From the NCBI GenBank assembly GCA_947493865.1, contig CANLTC010000017.1, positions 5,241 to 69,240 on the forward strand: a stretch of 64,000 nt of DNA, in the 5' to 3' direction. This stretch comes from an uncultured Halomonas sp. (GTDB lineage: Bacteria > Pseudomonadota > Gammaproteobacteria > Pseudomonadales > Halomonadaceae). The first letter of the stretch is position 1. The number at the start of each line of letters is the position of its first letter. Below are positions 30,276-41,241 of the stretch, in pieces. The notes beneath the pieces are model-generated. The model made no database searches. It had not been told where the DNA came from and saw only the letters and a list, made by a program, of their open reading frames with translations. The position numbers and the translations under genes were made by a program.

Positions 30276-30394
30276 AAGCGCCATCCTGCGTTGCGAAACT
30301 TGAAAAGAGAACGACGCTTCCCCACGTTCCGCGCCTTGACTGGCACTTTTTGATGCAGCAACGCGGTTCGCGATGAAACGTCAAGAGACCCTAG
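30276..30394 (-). repeat. Family-A repeat, single truncated unit (copy A2)
   Basis: Its reverse complement is near-identical to 5315-5432. It ends ...agaccctag, 13 nt before the nadC ATG. Confidence 0.85.
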
Positions 30395-30407
30395 AGCAGG
30401 ATTTGCC

Positions 30408-31262
30408 ATGCACTACTACGAAGCCCTTGCCGAAGACATACGTACCAGCGCCGCACGCCTGCTGGCGGAGGATGCCGGCCCCGGCGACATTACCGCGCAG
30501 TTGATTCCTGAAAACCAGTGGGCCACGGCTCAGGTCATCTCCCGGGAAGAAGCCGTACTCTGCGGGGTGGCTTGGGTCGATGAGCTGTTCCGGCGTCTTG
30601 ATCAGCGAGTCACGCTATCCTGGCAGGCCGCGGATGGCGACGTCTTGAGCGCCGGCCAGGTATTTCTGGAACTTGAAGGGCCGGCGCGCAGCCTGCTGAC
30701 CGGCGAACGCGCCGCGCTGAATCTGCTCCAGACGCTATCGGGCACCGCCAGCAGGGTACGCCACTATGTACAGCGGGTTGCCGATACAGGAGTGCGCCTG
30801 CTGGACACACGCAAGACGCTGCCAGGACTGCGCCTGGCGCAAAAATACGCAGTCACCTGCGGGGGTGGCCATAACCACCGCATTGGCCTGTACGACGCCT
30901 TTTTGATCAAGGAGAATCACATCGCGGCTTGTGGCAGCATTGCCGCTGCGGTAAAGGAAGCTCGCTCAATTGCCAAGGATCTGCCCGTGGAGGTTGAAGT
31001 CGAGAATTTCGACGAACTGGATCAAGCCCTCGATGCCCAGGCAGACATCGTGATGCTCGACAACTTTTCCCTCGATGATCTTCGCAAGGCAGTGAGCATT
31101 ACTGCCAAGCGGGCTACTCTCGAGGCCTCGGGCAATGTCGACGAATCGACCCTGCAGGCCATCGCCAGCACCGGCGTAGACTGCATCTCGATTGGCGCAC
31201 TGACCAAGGACGTCAAATCCATCGATCTATCGATGCGTATAACGCATGTCGAATCACGCTAG
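30408..31262 (+). CDS. nadC: Nicotinate-nucleotide diphosphorylase (carboxylating)
   Basis: 284 aa resembling QPRTase (LLDTRKT ... KENHI ... MLDNF). Confidence 0.95.
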   Translation: MHYYEALAEDIRTSAARLLAEDAGPGDITAQLIPENQWATAQVISREEAVLCGVAWVDELFRRLDQRVTLSWQAADGDVLSAGQVFLELEGPARSLLTGERAALNLLQTLSGTASRVRHYVQRVADTGVRLLDTRKTLPGLRLAQKYAVTCGGGHNHRIGLYDAFLIKENHIAACGSIAAAVKEARSIAKDLPVEVEVENFDELDQALDAQADIVMLDNFSLDDLRKAVSITAKRATLEASGNVDESTLQAIASTGVDCISIGALTKDVKSIDLSMRITHVESR

Positions 31263-31275
31263 GGCCTGTTGAATG

Positions 31276-31767
31276 TCACGTCAGCGCTTTTTCCAACCGG
31301 ACTCGGGTCAGGCGCTGGCCCTGGCGCTCGACCCACTCTTCACCAAGGCGCTTCCAACCTCGTCTTTCGAGACCCGGCGCCAGCATCAGGCTTGCTTCGA
31401 TGCCCAGCCGAACCACCCCCTCCTCACGCATCGCCACCTCTGCGTAGTCGAGCAAACGCGAGCCGATACCGCGATGATTCAAGGAAGGCCAGACATAGAG
31501 CGTCTCGATACGCTCGCCTTCCAGGTCGAGTTCGACAAAACCGACACAGCGCCGATCGCACACCGCCACCAGGGTTGGGTAGAACATCTGGCGTGCCGCC
31601 CAGGCACTGGCCTCTCGAGGCAATGCACACACCCAGGCTTCGCGTTGCGCCAACGTATAGCAACCCCCGGCCCCCTGCATCACGGCGTGATAGAACACCT
31701 CGCCTTGATCCGCTGCATCCTTCGGCACGGCGGCACGATAAATCATTCGATCCAGCATGACATTCAT
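31276..31767 (-). CDS. GNAT family N-acetyltransferase
   Basis: 163 aa with the acetyl-CoA binding motif (V.P...RGIGSRLL). Confidence 0.75.
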   Translation of the reverse strand: MNVMLDRMIYRAAVPKDAADQGEVFYHAVMQGAGGCYTLAQREAWVCALPREASAWAARQMFYPTLVAVCDRRCVGFVELDLEGERIETLYVWPSLNHRGIGSRLLDYAEVAMREEGVVRLGIEASLMLAPGLERRGWKRLGEEWVERQGQRLTRVRLEKALT

Positions 31768-31946
31768 CTCTCCAGTAGCCGCACTGCCCTCAACTGCGCC
31801 CTTTGGGCATGAAGGATTAGCCCTTCATCCACGAAGCCGACCGATCCGATGTTGATGACTTGCCGAGCGTGAGCAAATTTCTCGAGATCGATCATACTGA
31901 CTGTCTCCTGCAAGAAAAAAGAGAATACTATCGGCATAATAGTGCC

Positions 31947-32675
31947 ATGACAGAGCATACTTCATACTCGACTCATGCCGTCGATTTTACGCTAACCGCC
32001 ATCGGACATGTTGCCAGCGACTATCCCGACAAGTTCGGCGTGCCTCGCCAGCCCGGACTGGCACCCGCCGGCCGCGGCATACTCCACTTGCGCCCACCCT
32101 TTAACGATCCCCAGGCGGTTCGCGGACTCGAAAATGTCAGCCATCTATGGCTGACCTTCATCTTTCATCGTAGCCCGAGGCGCTGGACACCGCTGGTGCG
32201 GCCACCTCGTTTAGGCGGCAATACCAGGGTTGGCGTATTCGCCACCCGCAGCACCCATCGGCCCAATCGCCTGGGTTTGTCCCTGGTGGAACTGGAAAAA
32301 ATCGAGACGACGAACGGAGTACGGCTACATGTGCGCGGACACGATCTCATCGATGGCACGCCGGTGCTGGACATCAAGCCCTACTTGCCTTGGGTGGAAT
32401 CGCATCCTGACGCCCAGGCCGGTTTTGCACCCGGCCCGCCGCCGGGTTATCGCGTTGATTTCTCGGCAAAAGCCGAGGTAGCGCTTGCGCAGCGAGACGA
32501 TGAGAAATCGCTCCGGGACTTGATCGTGCAGGTAGTGGGGCAGGACCCGCGACCAGCTTATCATCAGGATACGCCAGCGCGGGTTTATGGTGTGTCCTTA
32601 CGCGATGTAAACGTGCGTTTTTGCATTCAGGGCGAGACCGACGGCATCAGTATGCATGTGGTCGACATCGAGTAG
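31947..32675 (+). CDS. trmO: tRNA (t6A37-N6)-methyltransferase TrmO (TsaA/YaeB family)
   Basis: It carries the YaeB-like motifs PDKFGVPRQPGL and TRSTHRPNRLGLS. I chose the start at ATG 31947. Confidence 0.85.
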   Translation: MTEHTSYSTHAVDFTLTAIGHVASDYPDKFGVPRQPGLAPAGRGILHLRPPFNDPQAVRGLENVSHLWLTFIFHRSPRRWTPLVRPPRLGGNTRVGVFATRSTHRPNRLGLSLVELEKIETTNGVRLHVRGHDLIDGTPVLDIKPYLPWVESHPDAQAGFAPGPPPGYRVDFSAKAEVALAQRDDEKSLRDLIVQVVGQDPRPAYHQDTPARVYGVSLRDVNVRFCIQGETDGISMHVVDIE

Positions 32676-32697
32676 CGCAGCGGTGAATTGATGCCTG

Positions 32698-33411
32698 CTA
32701 GCTGAAATTTACACCGATACGGCGTCCTACTTCCTCGTAGGCCTCGATCACGCCACCCAGACCCTGGCGGAAGCGATCCTTGTCCATCTTCTCGCGGGTC
32801 TTGGCGTCCCACAGCCGGCAGCCATCCGGCGAAAACTCGTCGCCCAGCAGGATTTCACCGTCGAACACGCCGAACTCGAGCTTGTAGTCGACCAATAGCA
32901 TGTCACCGTCCTGAAACAGCTGCTTGAGTACATCGTTGACCTGAAAGGTCAGCGTCTTCATTCGCGCCAGCTGTTCTGGCGTCGCCCAGCCGAAGGTTTC
33001 GGCCAGGGACTCGTTGATCATCGGGTCGCCTTTTTCATCGTTCTTGAAGAACAGCTCGAAGGTCGGCGGAACGAGTTCGACACCCTCTTCTACCCCCAGG
33101 CGACGCACGAGACCGCCGGCGGCCAGATTGCGCACCACGCACTCCACCGGAATCATGTCCAGTTTCTTGACCAGGCATTCGGTATCCGAGAGCAACTTCT
33201 CGAAATGCGTGGGAATCCCCGCTGCCTGCAACTTATTCATGATGAAGGCGTTGAACTTGTTATTGACCATACCCTTGCGCTCAAGCGCTTCCTTGCGCTT
33301 GCCGTCGAAGGCACTGGTATCGTCACGAAAATGAAGAACCAAACGATCCGGGTCATCGGTGCAATAGACCGACTTGGCCTTGCCCGCATACAGCTCATCG
33401 CGTTTTTCCAT
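32698..33411 (-). CDS. purC: Phosphoribosylaminoimidazole-succinocarboxamide synthase
   Basis: 237 aa resembling PurC over its full length ([10 protein letters not shown] ... DEFSPD). Confidence 0.96.
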   Translation of the reverse strand: MEKRDELYAGKAKSVYCTDDPDRLVLHFRDDTSAFDGKRKEALERKGMVNNKFNAFIMNKLQAAGIPTHFEKLLSDTECLVKKLDMIPVECVVRNLAAGGLVRRLGVEEGVELVPPTFELFFKNDEKGDPMINESLAETFGWATPEQLARMKTLTFQVNDVLKQLFQDGDMLLVDYKLEFGVFDGEILLGDEFSPDGCRLWDAKTREKMDKDRFRQGLGGVIEAYEEVGRRIGVNFS

Positions 33412-33501
33412 CCAGGATTCTCCAAATTCGTTAGAAAAATGTCATTGATATAGAAAAGCCGACAGATCACGCAAGAGGTAAGTGTGGGCGATTGATCGGG
33501 C

Positions 33502-34302
33502 TCAGGCCACCACTTGCCATTCGACCCCTTTGTCCTGGGCGGCAATGACAAGACGGGACTCATCGCCATCGAGCAGCGGAATGAGTGCCTCCCTGGCCAA
33601 TTCCGGACGATTGTTCTGCTCGGAGAGATGCGAACAGACGATATGCTGCAGGCGATCCATGCCTATCTGTCGCAATAGCGCATGGGCCTGAGCATTGGCA
33701 AGATGCCCCCAGTTACCGCCGACGCGATGCTTGAGTCGAGGCGGATAAGGCCCTTCCGCCAGCATGCGCGGGTCGTGATTGCATTCCAGAAGCAGTGCAT
33801 CGCAACCACTAAACGCCTGAACCACATGGCCGGTCGGGTGGCCCAGATCCGTCAATACGCCGAGCCGGCGCTGCCGGGCGCTGATGCAAAACTGCACCGG
33901 CTCCCGGGCATCGTGAGGCACGGTAACTGGATCGATCTCCAGACCATTGATCGCAAACCGCAGATGCGGGGTGATCAACTCGTGCCGTGGCACCTCACCA
34001 AGCCGCTGCGACAGCCAGGTGCCGGCAGTGAGATAAACCGGCAAATTGTAGCGCCGCGCCAAGGCGCCGACACCACGAATATGATCGCCATGTTCGTGGG
34101 TGACCAGCACCGCTGCCAGCTGCCTCGGACTCAATCCCAGCCGCGCCAGACGTTTCTCGGTTTCACGCAAACCGAAACCACAGTCGATGAGAACGTGGGT
34201 CTCCCCGTCACTGACCAGGGTAGCATTCCCCTTGCTACCACTGCCCAGTGAGGCGAAACGTAGCGCCGATCCATTGCCGGCGTGTCGATCTGTCATTGTC
34301 AA
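33502..34302 (-). CDS. MBL-fold metallo-hydrolase
   Basis: It has the THEHGDH motif. Its position between purC and bamC is conserved synteny in gammaproteobacteria. Confidence 0.85.
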   Translation of the reverse strand: MTMTDRHAGNGSALRFASLGSGSKGNATLVSDGETHVLIDCGFGLRETEKRLARLGLSPRQLAAVLVTHEHGDHIRGVGALARRYNLPVYLTAGTWLSQRLGEVPRHELITPHLRFAINGLEIDPVTVPHDAREPVQFCISARQRRLGVLTDLGHPTGHVVQAFSGCDALLLECNHDPRMLAEGPYPPRLKHRVGGNWGHLANAQAHALLRQIGMDRLQHIVCSHLSEQNNRPELAREALIPLLDGDESRLVIAAQDKGVEWQVVA

Positions 34303-35252
34303 CGTAGCGTTGCGGCCAGCTTGTCGAGCACTTCGCGAGCATCGCTGCCGCTGAGCGTGGCGTCACCCGGCGCGGCCACGCGCACCCGGGTCATGCCCTG
34401 AGAAGGCTCGTCTACCAGCAGGCGGTACTGGCGCGGTTCCGCGTCACTGCCAAACAGGCCGAAAAAGCCGCCGCCGTCGTCTTGAGGCGTGTACTCGACC
34501 AGAAATTCGCCGGCGCTGCGATTCTGATCCAGCAGCTTGTTTCCCTTTTTGGTGAAGTTATTCTCGAGCTGGTAGAAAAGCTCAGACCAGGCACGATCGA
34601 AGCCAAGAGCCATCAACAGTTGCCATGCACCACCGGCGTTCTCGAGACGCACACGGTCGTCACGAGACAGATTCTGAGCCGCCAGGGAGACACTTTGCTG
34701 CTCCTGGGCGTAGGAGGTGAGGTAGTTGCTCAATGCCGACAGACACTGGGACGAATTCGTGCCTGGCGTTGTCTCGCAGCGCACTTCACTGGTGTTGCCG
34801 CGCAGCCCCTGACGCACGCTGAGCGTAGCCTGATCGGTTTCGATACGGCCTTGAGACGCATTCAGGGCGCGTGTTTCAAGCCCGCGCTGAGCAACGAAGT
34901 CTTGAAGCCGGGGCCAGATGGCGGCAGGAGCAGTGTTGACCAGAAGCCAGCGATCCGTGCCCGCCTCGCGCTGTTCGACGAAGTTCTGCTCACTCTGGTT
35001 GCCGCCGGTCAGCGGCTGGGGGCGGGGGGCGTCGAACTCGCCCTCTGCCAGAAAGTCGCTGTTGGCCGGCGGCACCGGCATGGCGTCCTGATAGCGGTTG
35101 CTCTGTCGAGCGTCGGGCAGCGTCAGCGGCGGGGTCAATTGAGCATCGCGATACTCATCGTTGCGATCGTAATAATAGCCGCTGCGGCCACAGCCACTGA
35201 CCACCAGGGCAGTCGCGAGAATCAACGGCGTCCACTTGAAGACGGGGTTCAT
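34299..35252 (-). CDS. bamC: Outer membrane protein assembly factor BamC (lipoprotein)
   Basis: It has a lipobox (LVVSGC) after a signal peptide and lies immediately downstream of dapA. Its stop overlaps the start of the MBL gene. Confidence 0.8.
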   Translation of the reverse strand: MNPVFKWTPLILATALVVSGCGRSGYYYDRNDEYRDAQLTPPLTLPDARQSNRYQDAMPVPPANSDFLAEGEFDAPRPQPLTGGNQSEQNFVEQREAGTDRWLLVNTAPAAIWPRLQDFVAQRGLETRALNASQGRIETDQATLSVRQGLRGNTSEVRCETTPGTNSSQCLSALSNYLTSYAQEQQSVSLAAQNLSRDDRVRLENAGGAWQLLMALGFDRAWSELFYQLENNFTKKGNKLLDQNRSAGEFLVEYTPQDDGGGFFGLFGSDAEPRQYRLLVDEPSQGMTRVRVAAPGDATLSGSDAREVLDKLAATLR

Positions 35253-35324
35253 GCATCTACCTTATGTTGTGCGCGGGGCGGCGATTCAGCCACAGCCGGT
35301 CTGCCAGGATGCCGCGGCGCAGTG

Positions 35325-36209
35325 TCAGTCTTCCAGCACATCGGCAAGCTGCAAGGCCTCATCGACGGTGGCATGGTATTTCTCGGAGAGCCAGGTCAGC
35401 GGCAGGCGAATGCCCTGCTCGGCGTAGCCCATGCGGTTGAGCGCCCACTTCGTGGGAATCGGATTGGACTCGACGCCAAGAACGGTGTGCAACGGCATCA
35501 ACCGCGTATTGATCTGATGGGCCTTGTCGCTATCGCCGGCCACGGCGGCCTTGCACAGCTCATGCATCGACCGGGGGGCGACGTTGGCGGTCACGGAAAT
35601 ATCGCCATGCCCACCCATCAGCATGAAGTCACAGGCGGTGGGATCGTCGCCGGAATAGAGCGCGAAGTCGCTACCCTTGAGACGTTCGATAAGATCCTCG
35701 GCGCGCTCCAGATTACCCGTGGCATCCTTGAGACCGACGATATTATCGACCTTTGCCAGCCGAAGCACGGTCTCGTTGTAAATATCCGAGCAGGTCCGCC
35801 CTGGCACATTGTAGAGGATGACCGGCAGATCGCTGGCCTCGGCAATCGCCTTGAAATGCTGGAACAAGCCTTCCTGAGTCGGCTTGTTGTAATAGGGGGC
35901 CACGGTCAGGCAGTAGTCGGCTCCTACCTCCTTGGCATAGCGCGTCAGCTCTATAGCTTCGGTGGTGTTGTTGGATCCCGTCCCGGCGATCACCGGGATC
36001 CGCCCATTCGCCTCTTCGACAATGGTACGGATGACATCGAAGTGCTCCGCGAAGGACATGGTCGTGGGCTCACCGGTGGTGCCGGCGGCAACGATGGCAT
36101 CGGTGCCATTGTCGAGATGAAAACCTACCAGCCGGCGCAAGGCCTCCCAGTCGATCTCGCCGGAAACCTTCATCGGTGTCGCCAACGCGACGATGCTGCC
36201 TGTAATCAT
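35325..36209 (-). CDS. dapA: 4-hydroxy-tetrahydrodipicolinate synthase
   Basis: The protein starts [13 protein letters not shown] at ATG 36209 and resembles DapA over its full length. The ORF track start at 36302 is an extension. Confidence 0.95.
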   Translation of the reverse strand: MITGSIVALATPMKVSGEIDWEALRRLVGFHLDNGTDAIVAAGTTGEPTTMSFAEHFDVIRTIVEEANGRIPVIAGTGSNNTTEAIELTRYAKEVGADYCLTVAPYYNKPTQEGLFQHFKAIAEASDLPVILYNVPGRTCSDIYNETVLRLAKVDNIVGLKDATGNLERAEDLIERLKGSDFALYSGDDPTACDFMLMGGHGDISVTANVAPRSMHELCKAAVAGDSDKAHQINTRLMPLHTVLGVESNPIPTKWALNRMGYAEQGIRLPLTWLSEKYHATVDEALQLADVLED

Positions 36210-36426
36210 GCGAAAACGCCCTCCTGTACAACGGCTTCCTGGCCCTACGGCGACGAGTCGCGGGTCACGACGTCCGTGATCGATATGCTGTTCGAAGGGC
36301 AAATGGTACTCAGGCGACGAAAGTCTGTACAGGTGCCAGGAGCGCTAAAACACATAGAATTGAGAAGGGAGCACGCCTGGATGTACTCTCTGCGTTCCTG
36401 ACAAGGGCGCAACCAAGGAGCGCAAC

Positions 36427-36903
36427 ATGAGCATCAGCATTGGCCAAGAGGTTCCCGACTTTACCGCCGAGGCCACCAACGACACTACGGTCACGTTGTC
36501 CCGGCTCAAGGGCGAACAAGTGGTGATCTATTTCTATCCCAAGGACAGCACGCCCGGGTGCACGACCGAAGGCGGCAATTTTCGCGATCACAAGCGCGCC
36601 TTCGACGAGGCCAATACCCGCATCTTCGGTGTTTCCCGGGACGGCCTGCGCGCTCATGAGAACTTCAAGGCCAAACAAGGCTTCAACTTCGAACTGATCT
36701 CCGACAAGGACGAAACCCTTTGCCAGTTGTTCGAGGTCATCAAGCTCAAGAAGATGTACGGCAAGGAGCATCTGGGTGTCGAGCGCAGCACTTTCCTGAT
36801 CGACAAGCACGGCAAGCTGGCCCAGGAGTGGCGCGGCGTCAAGGTGCCGGGCCACGTCGAAAAGGTACTCGAAGCGGCCCAGGAACTTCACGCAAAAGAG
36901 TAA
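36427..36903 (+). CDS. bcp: Thioredoxin-dependent thiol peroxidase Bcp
   Basis: 158 aa with the peroxiredoxin motif FYPKDSTPGCTTE. Confidence 0.93.
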   Translation: MSISIGQEVPDFTAEATNDTTVTLSRLKGEQVVIYFYPKDSTPGCTTEGGNFRDHKRAFDEANTRIFGVSRDGLRAHENFKAKQGFNFELISDKDETLCQLFEVIKLKKMYGKEHLGVERSTFLIDKHGKLAQEWRGVKVPGHVEKVLEAAQELHAKE

Positions 36904-36920
36904 TAGCGCAACTCGTAAAT

Positions 36921-38018
36921 TTAATCTTCCAGGTCAACCTGACGAATAGGCTGCCCCCGCTGTCCTACGCTGCGGGGCCAGGCCCTGACCAGGGCCTTGA
37001 GCAGTGTCGCCAACGGAATGGCGAAGAATATTCCCCAGAATCCCCATATCCCCCCGAAGAACAGCACCGCCAGGATGATCGATACCGGATGAAGATTGAC
37101 TGCCTCGGAGAACAGCACCGGCACCAGCACGTTGCCATCCAATGCCTGCAGCACGCCGTAAGCGACGACCACATAGACGAACTCGTCGCTGATGCCGAAA
37201 TAGAATCCCGCCACGGCTGCCACGGGAATCGTCGCGATCGCCGCCCCGATGTATGGCACCAGCACCGAGAGCCCTACCGTCAATCCCAACAGCGCCGTAT
37301 AGGGCAGTCCGAAAAACCAGAAGGTAACGTAGGCTGCGCTGCCGACGATGAGAATCTCGATCACCTTGCCTCGTACATAGTTGGCGATTTGATGATCCAT
37401 CTCGTGCCATACATTGGTCATCAAGGCACGTTTTTGTGGCAGCAGCGATAGAAAAAAGCGTGTCAGCGACTCCCGGTCCTTGAGTAGAAAGAACACCAGA
37501 ATCGGCACCAGCACCAGATAGATGATCAGCCCCAGCAGGTTGCCTAGCGATGACAGAGACAGCGTCAATGCCCGCTGGCCAAGCAGAGTGGCTTCTCGTC
37601 CCGCCGTTGAAATCCAGACCTGAATTTGATCCGGGGTGATCACCGTGGGATAGCGCGCCTGAAGGCCGTCCAACAGCTGTTGCACCCGAGCGAACATGCG
37701 CGGGGTTTCCTGCACCAGCTCGACCATCTGATTCCAGACCAGGGGCAATACCACCAGGGCCAGAGCCAGCAGGGCTCCGATGAAAATCAGAAATACCGTC
37801 AATACCGATAGCAGTCGGGGCAACCCCCTGCGCTCCAGCCAGGCAACGATACCCTGCAGCAGGAAAGCGATGATCAGCGCAGTGAAGAAAGGGGCCAGCA
37901 TCTTGCCCATCCAGATCACGATGGCAAAGCCCAGGATCAGCACCAGCAGGAGAACGACGGCTTCCTCGTCGGAAAAGTACCGCTCGGCCCAGGATTTCAG
38001 GACCTCTTTCATCTTCAT
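36921..38018 (-). CDS. AI-2E family transporter (PerM-like)
   Basis: 365 aa polytopic membrane protein with AI-2E family features. An overlapping alternative-frame ORF (36934-38064) was rejected. Confidence 0.85.
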   Translation of the reverse strand: MKMKEVLKSWAERYFSDEEAVVLLLVLILGFAIVIWMGKMLAPFFTALIIAFLLQGIVAWLERRGLPRLLSVLTVFLIFIGALLALALVVLPLVWNQMVELVQETPRMFARVQQLLDGLQARYPTVITPDQIQVWISTAGREATLLGQRALTLSLSSLGNLLGLIIYLVLVPILVFFLLKDRESLTRFFLSLLPQKRALMTNVWHEMDHQIANYVRGKVIEILIVGSAAYVTFWFFGLPYTALLGLTVGLSVLVPYIGAAIATIPVAAVAGFYFGISDEFVYVVVAYGVLQALDGNVLVPVLFSEAVNLHPVSIILAVLFFGGIWGFWGIFFAIPLATLLKALVRAWPRSVGQRGQPIRQVDLED

Positions 38019-38260
38019 ATAACAGCGGCACCCTTGCGAATCCAGTAGTGGTATTCGTCGCCACTTTCCTCTCGGGACAGGAGCTCGAAATCGCTCTGTT
38101 CGATGAAGGTTTCGAAGTCCCGCCAGGAACCTGGATCCGTTGCCATCACATAAAGCACAGCGCCGACTTCAAGGCTTGCCAGGGATTGCTTGGCCTTGAG
38201 CAGGGGCAGCGGACAGTGCAGGCCACGCGCATCGAGCACATCGTCAGGTTGCAGAGCCAT
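38015..38260 (-). CDS. TusA-family sulfurtransferase
   Basis: 81 aa with the motif DARGLHCPLPLLK (CPxP). Confidence 0.85.
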   Translation of the reverse strand: MALQPDDVLDARGLHCPLPLLKAKQSLASLEVGAVLYVMATDPGSWRDFETFIEQSDFELLSREESGDEYHYWIRKGAAVI

Positions 38261-38370
38261 GACATCTCCCGTGAGAATAGAAAATCGTCTCGATTTAAAG
38301 GCACTTTGTTTCGCGAATCAATGTCGAGTGTATATGCCGCTACTGGCGTTACCCGTCCACGAGGATAGTC

Positions 38371-39813
38371 ATGCTGCGTAAAATAACAACGTCGGTTCTG
38401 GTAGGCGCCTTGACACTCGCCTCGCTTTCGACGCCGCTGCGCGCCGATGACTATGGCCTTCCCTCTCTGGGCAGTGGTGGAAACAGCGTCTCCAGCGACG
38501 ACGAGCATCGTCTCGGCCGTGCCTGGCTGCGCCAGTTTCGCGCCCAGACTCATGCCTGGCAGGACCCCATCACTCAGCGCTATGTCGAGTCGGTACTGTC
38601 CCGGCTCTTGCCTTATAGTGATATCGGCAACACCCAGGTAATCGTTACCCTGGTGGACAGCCGACTACTCAATGCCTTTGCGGTACCTGGCGGCATCGTC
38701 GGCGTCAATGCCGGATTGTTCTCCTTCGCGTCCAGCGAAGATGCCTTCGCCTCGGTGCTGGCTCACGAACTGGGTCATCTGTCCCAGCGCCATTTCGCGA
38801 GGCGCATGGAGCGCATCGAAGAGACTCAGCTGCCCACCATGGCCGCCATGCTGGCAGGCATGGTGATCGCGGCGGGCGGCGGCGGCAACGCCGGGCTTGC
38901 GGCCATGGCGGGCTCCCAGGCGGCGTTCATTCAGGACCAACTAGCCTATTCCCGGCGCTTCGAACAGGAGGCAGACCGGGTGGGTCTCGATGCCATGGCG
39001 GATGCGGGCTTCGACCCTCAGGCCATGCCCGCCATGTTTCGCGCCATGCAGCGTCTGACCAGCCTGCAGGGGGGCAACCCGCCGGAGTTTCTGTTGACCC
39101 ACCCGGTCACGGAATCCCGTATCAGCGATACCCAGAGCCGCGCCGATCAACTTCGCGCAACGGCCTCCGCCCAAGACCCGACCTACGCCATGATTCGCGC
39201 TCGCGCCTTGCTCAAGTTGAACCAGGACGCTCCGACTCAAGCCATGTCGCAGTTGCGCCAGGACAATCCGCCTCAGAGCGCTATCCACTATCTGGAAGCG
39301 CTCATCGCCGCGGAGCAGAATCGCACCGACGCGGCCCTCGATCGTCTCGATCGCCTGGCTCGCGAACTGCCGGATCTGTCCTTGATCCCGGCCAGCGCCG
39401 CAGAAATCGCGCTGGAGGCGGGGCAACGCGGCGCGGCGTTCGAACGCGCCCAGCGCATCTTGAGACTCTCTCCGGGTTACTTTCCTGCGGCGCTGATCCA
39501 GGCCGATATTCTGCTGCAGACAGACCCGGACCGAGCCTTCGATGTCCTACGCGGACTCAGCCAGCAGGCCCCGGAAGACCCTCAGGTATTTGCCCTTCTC
39601 GCCGAGGCCGCCGGACGCAGCGGTCACGAAACATGGGGGCATCTGGCGCGGGCCGAACAACTACAGCTGAGTGGCAGCATCGATCGCGCCATCCGTCAGC
39701 TCGAAGTGGCCGAAGATGTGGCCAAGCGCAGCAATGATTTCGGCATGGCGAGCCGTATTCAGCAGCGGCGCAGGGAGTATCTGGAGTATCGTAAGGCCGC
39801 ACAACAACTCTAG
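38371..39813 (+). CDS. bepA: M48 family metalloprotease with TPR domain (BepA/YfgC-like)
   Basis: It has a signal peptide, a HELGHL zinc motif and C-terminal TPR-like repeats. Confidence 0.85.
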   Translation: MLRKITTSVLVGALTLASLSTPLRADDYGLPSLGSGGNSVSSDDEHRLGRAWLRQFRAQTHAWQDPITQRYVESVLSRLLPYSDIGNTQVIVTLVDSRLLNAFAVPGGIVGVNAGLFSFASSEDAFASVLAHELGHLSQRHFARRMERIEETQLPTMAAMLAGMVIAAGGGGNAGLAAMAGSQAAFIQDQLAYSRRFEQEADRVGLDAMADAGFDPQAMPAMFRAMQRLTSLQGGNPPEFLLTHPVTESRISDTQSRADQLRATASAQDPTYAMIRARALLKLNQDAPTQAMSQLRQDNPPQSAIHYLEALIAAEQNRTDAALDRLDRLARELPDLSLIPASAAEIALEAGQRGAAFERAQRILRLSPGYFPAALIQADILLQTDPDRAFDVLRGLSQQAPEDPQVFALLAEAAGRSGHETWGHLARAEQLQLSGSIDRAIRQLEVAEDVAKRSNDFGMASRIQQRRREYLEYRKAAQQL

Positions 39814-39853
39814 AAAAACATCAGCCTCGCCGCTGACATCGGCGAGGCGTTTC
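39814..39853. terminator. Bidirectional terminator between the bepA-like gene and nadA
   Basis: Hairpin gcctcgccg ctgacat cggcgaggc, flanked by aaaaa on the left and gttt on the right. Confidence 0.65.
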
Positions 39854-39858
39854 AACCA

Positions 39859-40926
39859 CTAACGCTTGAAGTTGAGCATCCGCTCCAGCGGCTTCAACGC
39901 CCGCTGACGCAGTGCATCGTCGACGAATATCTCACCGCTGTAGTCACGCAGCGCTCCGGCCAGATTGTCGAGGGCGTTCATCGCCATCCAGGGGCAATGC
40001 GCGCAGCTCTTGCAGGTCGCGCCGTTACCGGCGGTGGGCGCCTCGAACAGCGTCTTTTCCGGCACCGCCTGCTGCATCTTGAAAAAAATGCCGCGATCCG
40101 TGGCGACGATCATCTCCTGTTGGGGCAACTCCTTGGCCGCCTTGATCAACTGCGAGGTGGAGCCCACCACGTCCGCGATCTCTACCACATTGGCCGGCGA
40201 TTCCGGATGCACCAGCACCGCCGCGCCAGGATAGATCGACTTGAGATCGCTCACCCCCTTGGCCTTGAATTCTTCGTGGACAATGCAGGCGCCATCCCAC
40301 AACAGCATGTCGGCGCCGGTCTTTTTCTGGATATAGCCGCCCAGATGCTTGTCAGGAGCCCACAGAATCTTCTCGCCCTTGGCGTGCAGATGCTCGATCA
40401 CATCCACGGCGATGGAGGAGGTCACCACCCAATCGGCTCGCGCCTTCACCGCTGCGGAGGTATTGGCATAGACCACCACGGTGCGCTCCGGATGGGCATC
40501 GCAGAAAGCCGCGAACTCGTCGGCCGGGCAGCCGATATCCAGGGAGCAGGTGGCCTCCAAGGTCGGCATCAGTACACGTTTCTCGGGGGAGAGGATCTTG
40601 GCGGTCTCCCCCATGAAGCGTACCCCGGCGACCACCAGTGTCGAGGCTTCATGACGGGCGCCGAAGCGTGCCATCTCCAGGGAATCCGAGACGCAGCCGC
40701 CGGTTTCTTCCGCCAGCTGCTGAATGGCATCATCGGTATAGTAGTGGGCGACGAGTACCGCGTTGTGCGCTTTCAGCAAGCGCTTGATCTCGTCGATGCG
40801 CGCTTCATCCTCGGCAGGAATCCGCGTGGGACAGTAGGCGCGGGCCAGGTGCTCTTGCACCCTCGCGCGAGGTGCCATGGTTGTCATCGTGTCTATCACT
40901 CTTGTCGACAGGGAATCCCCCTGCAT
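39859..40926 (-). CDS. nadA: Quinolinate synthase A
   Basis: It resembles E. coli NadA strongly along its length (VAHYYTD ... [16 protein letters not shown] ... [10 protein letters not shown]). The exact start is uncertain because there are several ATGs between 40878 and 40926. Confidence 0.95.
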   Translation of the reverse strand: MQGDSLSTRVIDTMTTMAPRARVQEHLARAYCPTRIPAEDEARIDEIKRLLKAHNAVLVAHYYTDDAIQQLAEETGGCVSDSLEMARFGARHEASTLVVAGVRFMGETAKILSPEKRVLMPTLEATCSLDIGCPADEFAAFCDAHPERTVVVYANTSAAVKARADWVVTSSIAVDVIEHLHAKGEKILWAPDKHLGGYIQKKTGADMLLWDGACIVHEEFKAKGVSDLKSIYPGAAVLVHPESPANVVEIADVVGSTSQLIKAAKELPQQEMIVATDRGIFFKMQQAVPEKTLFEAPTAGNGATCKSCAHCPWMAMNALDNLAGALRDYSGEIFVDDALRQRALKPLERMLNFKR

Positions 40927-41077
40927 TTCAGAGTCAGCTCATGATCTACTGCACTCGGCGATACGATCCTGAACCGACTCTCAGAAGCGCCAGAGTCGAT
41001 CGATCTTTTCGATCCTCCGACGCGCCCAACTTACGAATTTTGACAAGTCTAGCGCGAAAACGCTCCCCGGCGTACAG

Positions 41078-41111
41078 CAAAACGCCCCCGCATGTAAAAA
41101 TGCGAGGGCGT
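41078..41111 (-). terminator. Terminator after the tRNA-Lys array
   Basis: Hairpin acgcccccgcat gtaaaa atgcgagggcgt, followed by a T-run on the minus strand. Confidence 0.6.
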
Positions 41112-41118
41112 CGGTATC

Positions 41119-41193
41119 TGGTGGGTCGTGTAGGATTCGAACCTACGACCAATTGGTTAAAAGCCAACTGCTCTACCGCTGAGCTAACGACCC
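41119..41193 (-). tRNA. tRNA-Lys (anticodon UUU), copy 1
   Basis: The reverse complement is gggtcgttagctcagcggtagagcagttggcttttaaccaattggtcgtaggttcgaatcctacacgacccacca. It folds as a cloverleaf with the anticodon loop cuUUUaa and an encoded CCA. Confidence 0.97.
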
Positions 41194-41241
41194 GAAAAAG
41201 AACGGAGCACTAAAATCACAAGAATACTCAGGCGGCGATAA

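Noticed and set aside
34482-36401. A 639-aa ORF on the plus strand, antisense to bamC and dapA.
   Set aside because: This is the same kind of artefact. It spans two real minus-strand genes and their intergenic gap and has no motifs and no sensible start context.
36934-38064. A 376-aa alternative-frame ORF overlapping the AI-2E transporter gene on the same strand.
   Set aside because: Its translation is Gly/Arg/Ala-rich with no TM pattern. The 36921-38018 frame gives a coherent polytopic AI-2E-type protein.
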